Below, in pieces: positions 29,042 through 39,889 of a stretch of DNA of 64,000 bases; the first letter of the stretch is position 1; each line of letters opens with the position of its first letter. Made by a program: the position numbers and the translations under genes. The stretch is from contig CAVRFW010000005.1 in the NCBI GenBank assembly GCA_963720565.1, positions 256,001 to 320,000 on the forward strand. The letters are read 5' to 3'. Source of the DNA: Candidatus Bathyarchaeota archaeon. GTDB lineage: Archaea; Thermoproteota; Bathyarchaeia; Bathyarchaeales; Bathycorpusculaceae. The notes below the pieces were generated by a model. That model saw nothing but the letters and a program-made list of their open reading frames with translations. It searched no databases and was not told the origin of the DNA.

Positions 29042-30686
29042 ATGCCCAAGCTACGCCTTAAGCAGTCCTTCTCAGGGTTAAAAAGCATAGGAAAAAGCAA
29101 AACTGATGTAGACTCTAAGAAGAAACAAGAGCAGCAACTCCAAGCTCCTGCAGCAGCAGCCAACCCAATCCCGAGAGGGCTAAAAGTCATCACCAAATAC
29201 CCCTTATACGAACCATTTTCACACGTTGTAATCGTTCAAAACCCCAAAACGGGCGAACACAAGTACATTCTAGATGAGCTCCAGCTTGATCCACTCGAGA
29301 GAGGCGTATACAACCGAATCCTAGAAATACTTACTAGCCGAAATTGAATCGCCAAAAGAGGAAATTCTCGATCCTCGAAAGTTTTTTGCAGAAGAAGCCA
29401 AGAAAATTGTAGACAAATACCGCATCAGTTTAGGATGGCTGCCCGATGTTTCATGGTACAAGATTCTCTATCACGCAGAAAGGGACCTGGTTGGTTTCGG
29501 GAAAATCGACCCTCTTATGCGAGACCCAAACATCGAAGACATTTCATGCGACGGTGTTAAAAAGTCAGTCTACATATGGCACCGTAACTTTGAAAGCATC
29601 CAAACAAACCTCGAGTTCGAAAACGACGAAACTCTTGACAACACAATTGTTAAACTAGTCCACATGGCTGGAAAACACGTCAGCACCGCTTTCCCAATAG
29701 TCGATGCATCCCTCCCAGGTAAACACAGACTCGCAGTATGTTACAGACGAGAAATCACCCCGTTCGGAACGGCTTTTACGATCAGAAAATTCAGAGAAGA
29801 TCCATACTCTATCATAGACTTAATCAACATAGGGACATTCTCGGAGGAAATGGCTGCCTACTTCTGGGTAAGCCTTGAAAGCAGATCATCCATAATGGTT
29901 TTAGGCGGTACAGCAGCAGGCAAAACAACAGCCCTGAACGCTATGGCTTGCTTGATTAAGCCCGGAAGCAAAATCATTACAATTGAAGAAACTGCAGAAC
30001 TTAACCTACCTCATGAAAACTGGGTTTCCCTAATTGCCCGACAAAGCTACGGCTTAGGTGGAAGCAATGTAGGCGAAGTAGCTCTCTTTGACTTGGTTAA
30101 GACTTCAATGCGCCACCGCCCCGACATGCTGGTGGTGGGCGAGGTCAGAGGTCAAGAGGCATATGTTCTTTTCCAGGCTTTAGCCACAGGCCACGGTGGT
30201 ATGTGCACTATGCACGCTGAAAACTTGGATTCAGCCGTAAAGCGTTTAACTCAGAAACCCATGGAAATCTCGCCTGCATACATTCCGTTAATGAACATTG
30301 TCCTATCTATACAGAGGGTTCATCTTGTCAAGGACAATGAAAAGAGGGCGTATAGACGAGTCATCACTGTCAACGAGATTGCGGACTACGAAAACTATAG
30401 GATGCCCTTCAAGTGGCAACCGGCAAAAGACGAGTACGTGATCGATTTCGAGGATAGCGTTTTGCTGTCATCCATAGCCGAGCGTCAAGGCATAACCAAA
30501 GAAGACTTGATTGCTGAAATCGGAAGGCGCAAGGACGTTTTACATTGGATGCGAGAACGCAACATTAGAAGTTACAAAGATGTTGCTGCCATAGTTGCAG
30601 AATATTATGCGCGACCAAAACTCATCTACGAGAAAGTTCTTGCAGGGGAGGAGGTAAAGGTAGTTGCCACTTCTAAAGACGCTTGA
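29042..30686 (+). CDS. Type II/IV secretion (VirB11/FlaI/TadA-like) ATPase, +1 frameshift near 29332
   Basis: DPNIEDISCDG, FTIRKF, Walker A GGTAAGKT, RHRPD..VVGEVRG.EA and TGHGG..TMHA; the N-terminal ORF 29042..29347 joins as LEILLAEIESP. Confidence 0.9.
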
Positions 30687-32373
30687 GACTCTGTCCTTTC
30701 GTCTTTTTGGAGGCATAGCTCCTTCCTTCATTAAACATGGTTTCAATGTCAAGGACAAGTTAGAAAAGGCATGCATCAAAATCTACCCGGTAACTTACAT
30801 TTCACTAATGCTTTTCATTGCTGTACTGACCATTCCGGTATCAGTAGTATCCATAGCGATTTTCTTCCTGTTCGGCTTCATGCCCATCCTTTTCCTGGCT
30901 CCGCTTCCACTTTACATTATGATGGGGTTTCTATTTGCCCCGTCGTCCAAAGCCAGCGACAGATCAAGTGGCTTAGAACGAGAGATGCCGTTCGCCGCAG
31001 CTTACATTAGTGTCATGGCTTCCGGCGGAATCGCACCTTATACCAGCTTCAAACGGTTGTCAGATGTTGAGCTCATGCCTTCCATGCGTGGAGAAGCTAG
31101 GGAAATAATTAAAGACGTAGAAATATTCGGCGTAGACCCTCTAACAGCTCTGGAAGTCGCTGCCAAGAAAAACCCATTAGACATATTTAGGGACTTTCTA
31201 TCAGGCTACGCATCCACCGTTATTATCGGCGGAGATATAGGACACTTTCTGGAGCGTAAAGCTGAGGAAATATTCAAGACACGTGCGCTGCGTGTCAAGG
31301 CCGCTGCAGAACGCCTAGGCATGTTACTGGAAACTTTCATCATAGTAATGGTCATGATGTCTCTGTGCTTCTACATACTATTCAGTGTAGATTCGATATA
31401 CAGCGTCGGTACATCCATGTACTCGGGAATAATACTCTACACCTACCTGTTCACGCCCCTGTTGTCACTGATGTTCATTTACTTAGCGCACAGCATGCAG
31501 CCAAAGGCGCCATTCTCAGACATGAGACCCTACAAAGTATTCGGTGTGTGTGCCATTATTGGTGTCGTACTCTTCCTCTTGCTGACGAATTTCATGGGGT
31601 ATGTACAGCTTCCACTATTTAGTTCCCTTCAGAGCATAATCGACTTGCCTACTGCAATAGCTATAGCTCTGGTTGTTGTAACTGCGCCGGCTGCTTTCTT
31701 GTACGGCAAGCTCTCTAAACAGAAAAACGGCATGGAAGCTGGCATTAGCAGTTTCCTTAGAGATTTAACTGAAGTCAGAAAGACGGGACTATCACCGGAA
31801 AAATGCATTGAAAGCTTGTCAACTCGAGACTATGGGGTGTTCACTAAAGAACTGCGGAAGATAAGTTCAGAGATCTCCTGGGGTATACCCCTTAAAAAGG
31901 TGATTATGGATTTCCTGAAGAGAACGAAAAGCTGGATGACCCAACTCGTTATGTTCCTCCTCGTTGAAACCATCGACGTCGGCGGAGGCACAATTGAGAT
32001 GATAGAGTCACTTGCAAGGTTCAACAGCTTGACGCAGGAAGTTGAAAAGGAAAAGAGAATGTCGGTTCGCCCTTACGTAATGATGCCGTACTTAGCGTCA
32101 ATCTTGCTTGTGGCAACAACCATCATGATGATGAGTTTCACAACCGGCACGCTAACCGTTGGTATGCCTGGGCAGTCAAGTACACCTAAAGATTACAGCA
32201 TGATGAAAACGATATTCATGACTTCAGTGATTTTCCACAGCTACCTCATAGGCATTGTAGGTGGAAAGATAAGTGAGGAATCAGTTGCCGCCGGATTCAA
32301 GCACGGCACAATACTGGTTATAGTAGCATTAGCAGCGGCAAAAATCATCCCAATGTTCATAAACCTTGGATAG
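30664..32373 (+). CDS. Type II secretion F / TadC-FlaJ-like membrane platform with two T2SSF domains
   Basis: EREMPFAAAY...MASGG and FLRDLTEVRKTGLSPE domains, multiple TM helices; coupled to the ATPase. Confidence 0.9.
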   Translation: MPLLKTLETLSFRLFGGIAPSFIKHGFNVKDKLEKACIKIYPVTYISLMLFIAVLTIPVSVVSIAIFFLFGFMPILFLAPLPLYIMMGFLFAPSSKASDRSSGLEREMPFAAAYISVMASGGIAPYTSFKRLSDVELMPSMRGEAREIIKDVEIFGVDPLTALEVAAKKNPLDIFRDFLSGYASTVIIGGDIGHFLERKAEEIFKTRALRVKAAAERLGMLLETFIIVMVMMSLCFYILFSVDSIYSVGTSMYSGIILYTYLFTPLLSLMFIYLAHSMQPKAPFSDMRPYKVFGVCAIIGVVLFLLLTNFMGYVQLPLFSSLQSIIDLPTAIAIALVVVTAPAAFLYGKLSKQKNGMEAGISSFLRDLTEVRKTGLSPEKCIESLSTRDYGVFTKELRKISSEISWGIPLKKVIMDFLKRTKSWMTQLVMFLLVETIDVGGGTIEMIESLARFNSLTQEVEKEKRMSVRPYVMMPYLASILLVATTIMMMSFTTGTLTVGMPGQSSTPKDYSMMKTIFMTSVIFHSYLIGIVGGKISEESVAAGFKHGTILVIVALAAAKIIPMFINLG

Positions 32374-32386
32374 GAGCGGAGAAGAC

Positions 32387-33256
32387 ATGCAAATGGGTCA
32401 AATTCAGAGTTTCCGGAGGGACAAGAGGGCGATTAGCCCTGCCATTTCAACTGTAATACTGACCAGTGCCGTGGTAGTGATGATTCTCGTAGCGATGAGC
32501 TTTGCAAACACCATGATAGACTCACGTTTGGCAGAAAATGAATTCAGCGCTAACAAGCAGTTCATGCTCACAACAGCACTTCAAATTGACGATGTTGCAT
32601 GGACCATTGGACGTACGCAAACACTTCGCTATTCGAGCATTGTGGGAAACATGAAGTCTGAGAACGCCACATTGAGATACACGTTCGAAGTAGATTACGG
32701 TACAGGATCGTTTGACCCCGACCCACTCTTTATCCAAGAAACGGGCATTATTCTTTTCAACATTCCTGTTAGCTCGTACTCGTTGGGCAACGGTTATTTC
32801 CAGCGCATTTCAACTTCATCTAATGGTTCCATTCTGCAAGAAGGTGCATCGGCACCTGTAAGCGATGTATTTTGTGTTGAGAGACTGCCAATGACAGACG
32901 GAAGTTACGCAAGAATAGTTGTGGTTCCCAAGATAAGATTATTGCATTCTACAATAGGGTCGACGCTGGGCTCAACGAATTATGAGAGATTTTATCTTCC
33001 AATCCTCATCAATGGAAGACACCTCTACCAATCGCAATCCATAACTCTATCCGGAGAAGGTGTCACAAAAGTCATAGAGAGTGGAATCAGCCGGGTTCGA
33101 ATTAATGTCACTTCCACGTTTAATGGAGAGGCATTAGGATTTAATTCCAGTTTCTTCAAGTTTGACCAGACTAGTGAAACCATCAGCTTCTCCAACACTA
33201 ATTCCGTTGTCGAATTCTACATCGGCAGAGTACTCGTTAAGATAGGCCAAGCATAG
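32387..33256 (+). CDS. Pilin-like protein with archaeal class III signal peptide
   Basis: RRDKRA|ISPAISTVILTSAVVVMILVAM. Confidence 0.8.
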   Translation: MQMGQIQSFRRDKRAISPAISTVILTSAVVVMILVAMSFANTMIDSRLAENEFSANKQFMLTTALQIDDVAWTIGRTQTLRYSSIVGNMKSENATLRYTFEVDYGTGSFDPDPLFIQETGIILFNIPVSSYSLGNGYFQRISTSSNGSILQEGASAPVSDVFCVERLPMTDGSYARIVVVPKIRLLHSTIGSTLGSTNYERFYLPILINGRHLYQSQSITLSGEGVTKVIESGISRVRINVTSTFNGEALGFNSSFFKFDQTSETISFSNTNSVVEFYIGRVLVKIGQA

Positions 33257-33272
33257 GAATGGAGGGCGATTT

Positions 33273-33758
33273 TTGACCCAGATTACAATCGAATACATGA
33301 TTATGGCGCCTGTTTTGATAATGATGATATTTCTTTTACCGTTTACAGCCAATTTGATTATGAACGGCTGGGCGGATTCGCGCATGACTCTGGCGCTTAA
33401 GGAAACGGGAGGATACTTGGGTAGTTCAATAGAGCAATTTTATTCTTCCTTGAGTCATGAGTCTGTGAAAGCTGGCATCATAAAGAATGAGTTGGATACT
33501 CCGCCTTTCATAGAAGGTTACGCCTATTCGGGAAACGCTACATTAAGCCCTGTTTCAGAAACTGCTTCGAGTTATAGCAAAGTTTTGCACTTAACATTGA
33601 GTTTCATTGGTAGCAAAATAACGACTACAACCTCTGTGATACTGGGATCCAATGCCCAGTGGACCCCATCAACATTCATAAGCAACTCCACTGGCAATTG
33701 TCTAAATGCCGAAAAGATGTCAAATGGCACAATCCGATTTTGGTTTGGAGAAGATTAG
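33273..33758 (+). CDS. Minor pilin-like protein (Q..E+5 motif, no leader)
   Basis: MT-QITIEYMIMAPVLIMMIF; GGAGGG RBS upstream of the TTG start. Confidence 0.7.
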   Translation: MTQITIEYMIMAPVLIMMIFLLPFTANLIMNGWADSRMTLALKETGGYLGSSIEQFYSSLSHESVKAGIIKNELDTPPFIEGYAYSGNATLSPVSETASSYSKVLHLTLSFIGSKITTTTSVILGSNAQWTPSTFISNSTGNCLNAEKMSNGTIRFWFGED

Positions 33759-33760
33759 AC

Positions 33761-34984
33761 TTGGTGAGCTCAACAACGGATCATATGGCTGCTATCACGA
33801 TTTTTCTAGCTGCCACACTGCTTTTCATTGGCCTTTTCAACGATACTATTTCGACAGCAGTTGTTTACCAACGTAACAGAGCAGTCGCCATAAAAGCTAC
33901 CAATCTATTGGACAACATTCTTTTGAACCCTGGGATTCCGGATAATTGGGGACAGATCGACAGTCTACCTTCAGGTTTTGGTCTACAAGATCCCGAATTT
34001 ACACAGTACAAAATTAGTTCCCTTTCCCTTATGCGTCTGAATTCTGCAAGCGGGACAGTTGTTTTCTATCCAAAAACTGGAAATTACTACAGCAACATAA
34101 CTATGGGCACCAAAAACTTTCTGCTATTATCGCAAAACAGCGTTCTTAATTATTCTACCGCGTTGGAGCTTTTAGGAATCAGAAACCAATATGGTTTCCA
34201 GCTTTCCTTCAATCCGATTGTGACCGTTTCCGTTACAGAAGCACAGAGAGATAGCCCACTGCGTCTGTCCTTGAGTGTATATGGAACCGGGTTTCCATTA
34301 GCGAACGCGCATGTGACCTATTGCTTAGTAACAGTTGATTTGACTGGAGGCGCCGAGGGTCACCCTGCCTACTTCACTGAGTATGGAACCCGTACCGCAG
34401 ATGAAACAGGTTTTGTCACATTGACCTTCGACCAAGTTAGCGATCCCAATCAGAGTTATGCGTTGATTGCCTATGCTAGCCTCAGCGGTTTGACAGGAGT
34501 AGGATACTATGAGCGCGTTTCTTCAGAGGACGAGTATGTACTTCCTCTTATTGACAACGTGGCGGAGGGCAAAATCTTAATCGCGCACAGTTATGACCTC
34601 GAGTATTCTGATCCTCCGAGTTCTGAAGTGCAATATAACGCATCACTTGTTTACTTGGCGGAAGATTTCACATTGCGCGAAATGCCTTTGGAGAACTCCT
34701 ACGGCCATGTTAATTCGGGTGAAGGTTATCCCTATGAAATCGTCAACATTCCGACGGATAATCCGGGAATCTTGATAATTACCTATAAGAAGAGTTCAGT
34801 TGAAGGAGGAATAGTCATGATGCCTTGGGGAGTTAGTTCTATGGCTTTCCCAGTCAAATTTGGCGGTGATCCTTCACAGTATGAGTGGGTTGCTACAGAC
34901 ATGCGTCAGGTCACAATTGGTAACATCGCGTACCAAGCAAGTATTGCAGTATGGAGTATGGAAGGGTATCAGGTGATGGGCTAG
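33761..34984 (+). CDS. Minor pilin-like protein (D+5, no leader)
   Basis: TTG start just after the previous stop codon; MV-SSTTDHMAAITIFLAATLLF followed by LLNPGIPDNWG. Confidence 0.65.
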   Translation: MVSSTTDHMAAITIFLAATLLFIGLFNDTISTAVVYQRNRAVAIKATNLLDNILLNPGIPDNWGQIDSLPSGFGLQDPEFTQYKISSLSLMRLNSASGTVVFYPKTGNYYSNITMGTKNFLLLSQNSVLNYSTALELLGIRNQYGFQLSFNPIVTVSVTEAQRDSPLRLSLSVYGTGFPLANAHVTYCLVTVDLTGGAEGHPAYFTEYGTRTADETGFVTLTFDQVSDPNQSYALIAYASLSGLTGVGYYERVSSEDEYVLPLIDNVAEGKILIAHSYDLEYSDPPSSEVQYNASLVYLAEDFTLREMPLENSYGHVNSGEGYPYEIVNIPTDNPGILIITYKKSSVEGGIVMMPWGVSSMAFPVKFGGDPSQYEWVATDMRQVTIGNIAYQASIAVWSMEGYQVMG

Positions 34985-34985
34985 T

Positions 34986-36290
34986 ATGATGCGCACAATA
35001 GAAGTTTTGATCGTGATAGCTATTATGGCTGGTGCTTTCATGGCAGTGTCTTACTTTGCGGTTTTACCTACGCCGAGGGAAGTTGCGCCTGAAAGTCTTA
35101 GACGTTTATCATTCACAACTTTACAGATGTTAGATTCGAACTACGACCTGAGCACAGCCGCTTTTGATGAAGATAACTCTGCAGTTTGGAGTCAGCTGCA
35201 AGTTGCACTTTCCGCTTCCTTACCGCCAAACGTCGTTTACAATCTGACAGTCTATGAAGTAGGCGGTAGCGCAGGCAATGCCGAGTTGTACACTACCTTA
35301 ACCACTATTTCAAACACCGAGAGTATAGGCGCAACTTCAGACGCTTCTTCCTATATGACTTCCTCTTCAAACGTAACTTTCAATGTCATTCCTGAAAAAA
35401 TAGGCGAGCACAGCGGTGGCGGAACACTTTACATCATGAACTGCAGCGACGCACCAGGCTGGTGGGTTACAGGCTACACGGCACAAAGTCTGTCCCAAGA
35501 TCTTTACAAAATGCTTTCACCATACTTCTGTCAAACAGTGATGGTTCAGAGCACAGCAGAATTCGCCCAAATATTGGATGGAAACAGTCTTCATGGAGAA
35601 ACTCTTCAAAACGCCGTAGTCATAAATACTTGTGGAGAAGCTGTACCTATCCCATCATCATATGCAGATTTGTACAATGACAACTCATATGCAGAGTACT
35701 TCTATGAAGTAGGTAAAAGAGTCAATCAGTACAACTGGACTTGGACAAGCATAGTGGGTTGGCCTTTTTACTACGTCAGCAACACTGTCAAATTCTCAAG
35801 CAGCCAAAACAGCTGGGGAATCTATGGGACGGTCCAAGTAGGCAATCCTGGTTTAAACGCGTTTCTACAAGGTTTGGACAATCGAACATCATACACGCCT
35901 GGCAGTAGTTCGACTAGTAACCCCGGAGTTGTTTACTTATCTACGAAAGTCTTGGATAGCAGCAACTACTACGGCATTTATCCTTCGCCATATCAAACGT
36001 CAACAAGAGCATTGCCCACATCAATTCTTGCCAATTACAATCTAGCGGTAACTACTCACGTCTTTAACCCCTCTGGGGGCTCGATTCCAGCTGCTGTATA
36101 TCGACACAGGGGAACGAGCGGTTATCAAGGTGGGTTCTACGCGATAGGTCTAACACGAACACCCGATATCAGGCTTGCTGCTCTGGGTCTTTTAGCGGAT
36201 TACCAGCCTAGACTTTACCGTTCTGAGTACACAATCTTCGGGACTTCCAGGCTTGTCGTTTTGCAACTTGGATTGGTGGGAGATATCTAA
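34986..36290 (+). CDS. Minor pilin-like protein (RTIE motif, no leader)
   Basis: M-MRTIEVLIVIAIMAGAFMAV hydrophobic N-terminus followed by a Ser/Tyr/Asn-rich extracellular domain. Confidence 0.65.
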   Translation: MMRTIEVLIVIAIMAGAFMAVSYFAVLPTPREVAPESLRRLSFTTLQMLDSNYDLSTAAFDEDNSAVWSQLQVALSASLPPNVVYNLTVYEVGGSAGNAELYTTLTTISNTESIGATSDASSYMTSSSNVTFNVIPEKIGEHSGGGTLYIMNCSDAPGWWVTGYTAQSLSQDLYKMLSPYFCQTVMVQSTAEFAQILDGNSLHGETLQNAVVINTCGEAVPIPSSYADLYNDNSYAEYFYEVGKRVNQYNWTWTSIVGWPFYYVSNTVKFSSSQNSWGIYGTVQVGNPGLNAFLQGLDNRTSYTPGSSSTSNPGVVYLSTKVLDSSNYYGIYPSPYQTSTRALPTSILANYNLAVTTHVFNPSGGSIPAAVYRHRGTSGYQGGFYAIGLTRTPDIRLAALGLLADYQPRLYRSEYTIFGTSRLVVLQLGLVGDI

Positions 36291-39103
36291 TGAAAAGGTT
36301 TGAAAATAACATAAGAGGTCAGTTCTCAATTATCGCAGCCCTACTCGTTGCGGTTGTCCTGATTGCAGCCGTAATGAGTACATATTCTACCATTCGATAC
36401 GGCACAATGCAGGATCAGCCTCAAGTGATGAGTTCGGTAGACGAAATGAACTTGGCACTCAAACAGGTTGTAGGATTTACAGTAGGCTATTATGGCTCAG
36501 TCCTGCAAGTAACAGGCAACACGTCATATGCGAGGCAATTGGCCTCCAACTACCTGCAAAGTGGTTTGAGAAACATAGGCGACATAAGACCTGAATGGGG
36601 AGCTTCATTTAGTGTCGATGTTCTAAACTTGAGGACAAACTGGTTCTCGAACAAAAGCTACAGTTCAGGAAACTTGGCCATTACGTATAATTTGACAGGA
36701 ATAGGCTTGTACAACATGACATACTTTGCATCATCTAGATTGGACGTGGAAGTTTTCGAGTCTTCTTCAGATCAAGCATTGCTGAGCGTAACCAAAGATG
36801 AGAGTGAGCCACTGATCAGTTTGTCTAAGCAGAACTTGCGCTTCTACCACTACGTCAACTCTGAATCAATGTGGGAACTATTGACTCCAAGTGCTAACCC
36901 CATAGTCTATGCAAACGGCACTTACATCATCACTGTTCCCGCTGGAGTAGATCCTGACTCATATCTCATAAAGATTGAGGACCAGAGAGGAATAATAGTT
37001 GTGGCTTCATCTTTTGGCAGCTACAAATCTACAATACAAAACGGCACATATTCCATTGCAGATTATGTAGACACAAACGATTCAGATGTGGATTCGTCGG
37101 CGGACAAAGGCACTCAATCGGGTTTTGCTGCTCAACAGTCAGCGCCCGACACGGTCTACGATACACTAACCGAGATCAACTATGGTGGTGGTTTGTCCAA
37201 TGCGACGCTGATTGATGCTGAATCTTTCGAAGGAACTTGGCAACCATCAGGATGGAGTTACGAAAGTAACTGGAACAGAGAAAGCAATCGAAAATATCAA
37301 GGCACTTATTCTGCGGACTTCGATGGATCTGGATCGGGAAGCCTGTACACTCCGGTATTAGATTGTTCAAATGCGGTGGCAATATACATAGATTTTTGGT
37401 TCTATGATGAAGGTTGCGCGAACGATGGATTTAGACTATATTATCACGATACATCTGGGTGGGTCCAAATTGTCCAATTAGGAGCATATACTGAAAATCA
37501 ATGGGTTCACTATCAACAAAAAATCACAGAGAGTAGATATTTTGTAAATAACTTTCAAGTGCGGTTCCGTGCGTCAAGCCTTTCGAGCGGTCAACATGCT
37601 TACGTTGATTTTGTAACAGTTAAAAAAGAATTGGAAACCTCTAGTTTCCAGTTGGACCTTGAAGAGCAATTTATAAACGTCAACTATACTGATCCCAATC
37701 AAGATCTTTGCATTAAGGCAAGTTCATTAGGCTCTGAACCCTTGAGGATTGATGCGTGGACCGGTAGCACATGGGTTAACATTGCTTCACTTACTGGACT
37801 AGTCAACGGATGGAAGAACGTATCCGTCGCTTCATATCTAACTTCCTCGACTTTCACCTTCAGATTTAAAGGATCCAGCGAAGCCTTGGATTCCAGCCAA
37901 GACTCTTGGAAAATAGACTCTGTGTTGCTGGGTCCTCATCCTGACTTCAGCTTCTCCTTGCCACAGCGAGACTCAACAATAGTTGTAGAATGGCTGCAGA
38001 ATGGCACGATGAGATTTCTAGGGCAAAACTTAGAAATGACCACAGAGACAAAAGCCATTCCTCCAATTTCCGTTAAGGCCTTGCATCTGAAGCAGACCCG
38101 AAACGGTGTGAGCCAGGAAGTGCCTTTCCAAGTCGAAGATTGGGCATCAGAATACAGAATTCCAATGGGCTTAACAAGTAATTCAACGGTTTTTTCCAAC
38201 AGCCAAATGATTGTTTTTCTCTTAGACAACAGTGTATCGGAATTTACACTCTGGTGGGATGGAAGTGACGAAGCCATTCAAACATCCTTAGCATACACTA
38301 ATCGATACTTCACTGACAATCCCTCCACCAGAACACTAAGCAACGGTCAACTTGCACTCCAATTCGCTGGATCCGGTTTCACGGTGACGTCAACAGCCCC
38401 TGGAGGCACATCGAGTACCACAAGATTAATGCGTGTCAATAACCAGGATGACGGTACGGATCCCGAGTTGGCATACGTCATATACAATGGTGTGATCAGA
38501 GATATCATTCAGGGTGAACCAGAATACTCTGGGGGTGCGGTAAACTGCCCAAACATTTACGCCAATGTCGTAATAACCTTACCAGCTAACGCGACATATT
38601 ACACGTACCAGCTCAGGTTCATGTTCTTAGATTCAGCACAAACCAGAAGCATCACAAACCTATGTCCGATTAGACTATCAACTTCTTTCAGCTCGCTTCA
38701 GACTGAAAACGGAACAGCAAACGGCAGTCCAATCGTAGCGACTGGAGCAGGTACATTCTACAATTCTTCAGCCAGTTCTGCATTGCATCATTGGAGCCAG
38801 ATGATTTCCGGCGCACAGGGTGCAGGAATCATGTTCACGGATACTGCAAACCAGAGACTATACGCCTTCGACTATACAACGCCTGGAACCCCGACAGGAG
38901 CATTGAAAACAAACAATGGCTTAATCGAACTTTTGCCCGTGACTCTAAGGAATGTTGAATTCAGTTATCCAATGGACATAGTTTGGCGTGGCGCTGTGGT
39001 CACATTCGGTAGCACAACTCCGATTTATCAAACCAGCGATGGAAGTGGTCTGTGGGTCCTTGTCGAATATCCGCCAACAATCACAATGACTGCAGAGAAG
39101 TAA
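36290..39103 (+). CDS. Large (937 aa) pilin/adhesin-like protein with class III signal peptide and beta-sandwich inserts
   Basis: NIRG|QFSIIAALLVAVVLIAAV; internal MAM/jelly-roll-like segment ESFEGTWQPSGW...AYVDFVTV; many N-X-S/T sequons. Confidence 0.75.
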   Translation: MKRFENNIRGQFSIIAALLVAVVLIAAVMSTYSTIRYGTMQDQPQVMSSVDEMNLALKQVVGFTVGYYGSVLQVTGNTSYARQLASNYLQSGLRNIGDIRPEWGASFSVDVLNLRTNWFSNKSYSSGNLAITYNLTGIGLYNMTYFASSRLDVEVFESSSDQALLSVTKDESEPLISLSKQNLRFYHYVNSESMWELLTPSANPIVYANGTYIITVPAGVDPDSYLIKIEDQRGIIVVASSFGSYKSTIQNGTYSIADYVDTNDSDVDSSADKGTQSGFAAQQSAPDTVYDTLTEINYGGGLSNATLIDAESFEGTWQPSGWSYESNWNRESNRKYQGTYSADFDGSGSGSLYTPVLDCSNAVAIYIDFWFYDEGCANDGFRLYYHDTSGWVQIVQLGAYTENQWVHYQQKITESRYFVNNFQVRFRASSLSSGQHAYVDFVTVKKELETSSFQLDLEEQFINVNYTDPNQDLCIKASSLGSEPLRIDAWTGSTWVNIASLTGLVNGWKNVSVASYLTSSTFTFRFKGSSEALDSSQDSWKIDSVLLGPHPDFSFSLPQRDSTIVVEWLQNGTMRFLGQNLEMTTETKAIPPISVKALHLKQTRNGVSQEVPFQVEDWASEYRIPMGLTSNSTVFSNSQMIVFLLDNSVSEFTLWWDGSDEAIQTSLAYTNRYFTDNPSTRTLSNGQLALQFAGSGFTVTSTAPGGTSSTTRLMRVNNQDDGTDPELAYVIYNGVIRDIIQGEPEYSGGAVNCPNIYANVVITLPANATYYTYQLRFMFLDSAQTRSITNLCPIRLSTSFSSLQTENGTANGSPIVATGAGTFYNSSASSALHHWSQMISGAQGAGIMFTDTANQRLYAFDYTTPGTPTGALKTNNGLIELLPVTLRNVEFSYPMDIVWRGAVVTFGSTTPIYQTSDGSGLWVLVEYPPTITMTAEK

Positions 39104-39889
39104 CACGAACCCAACAAATCCCTCACTAATTCCACAGCAGTTCAAAAGCATATGGCTGAAGAAAACGCAACCGGTTTTGATTAGCACTCCACCAATGGCA
39201 TTAACAAATTCTGCCCATAGAATTTGACTATTACCATCTAGCAGTCCCACTGCAACAGCGACTGCAGACACCCAAAATACCCATATTTGAACCCCCAGTC
39301 AAGTGGAGATGTCTCCCGCAAAACCCCTTCTTCTCCCTTGAAAAATCGAATATAATTTTGCCTAGACTCCTCATAGATTCCCATAGATTTGGAGGCGTTA
39401 CCCTGCGGCGTCAAAACATGTGTCATTAACGGTGTCATATACGTATATCACACCGACCCACAAAAATGGCTGGGGACAAGACCAAACTATTAAACAATGA
39501 ATAGTAGACACCCGACGGAAAATGACGGACAAGCGCGCTCGAAAGACCTCTTATGTTGATGCATGTGGTGGGATTTGAAGCTTAAACGATTCGGAAGTCA
39601 AATCTCGTCTTAGCAAAGTTGATGAAGAAAATAGCTTTCTGACTCTGCAAACGCGCGTAGTACAAACAGATCCAATATTTATCATCAATCCAACCAGAAA
39701 ACGGAGCAAGCAACAATTTTTTTAAAAAGTGCTCAATGGGAAGACAAGCTGACATCAACAACGGGCGCAACAACTAGATGTTTTCGGATCTTTTCGGTTC
39801 ATTTTATGGTTCCAATTCGAAGCTGACGGCAAAATCTTAAAACCCAGTATAAGAATAAGTCAGACATCATTTAACAGTCCTGAAGGTGT

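Noticed and set aside
29042..32373. Archaellum (flaI/flaJ) locus
   Set aside because: No flaB, flaH or flaF/G genes and no chemotaxis genes are adjacent
33659..33760. ORF-track N-terminal extension of the third pilin
   Set aside because: It overlaps the previous gene by 100 bp and has no signal-like features; TTG at 33761 with an upstream GGAG is the better start
39238..39773. Short ORFs 39238..39438 and 39582..39773
   Set aside because: No recognisable motifs or pilin-like N-termini
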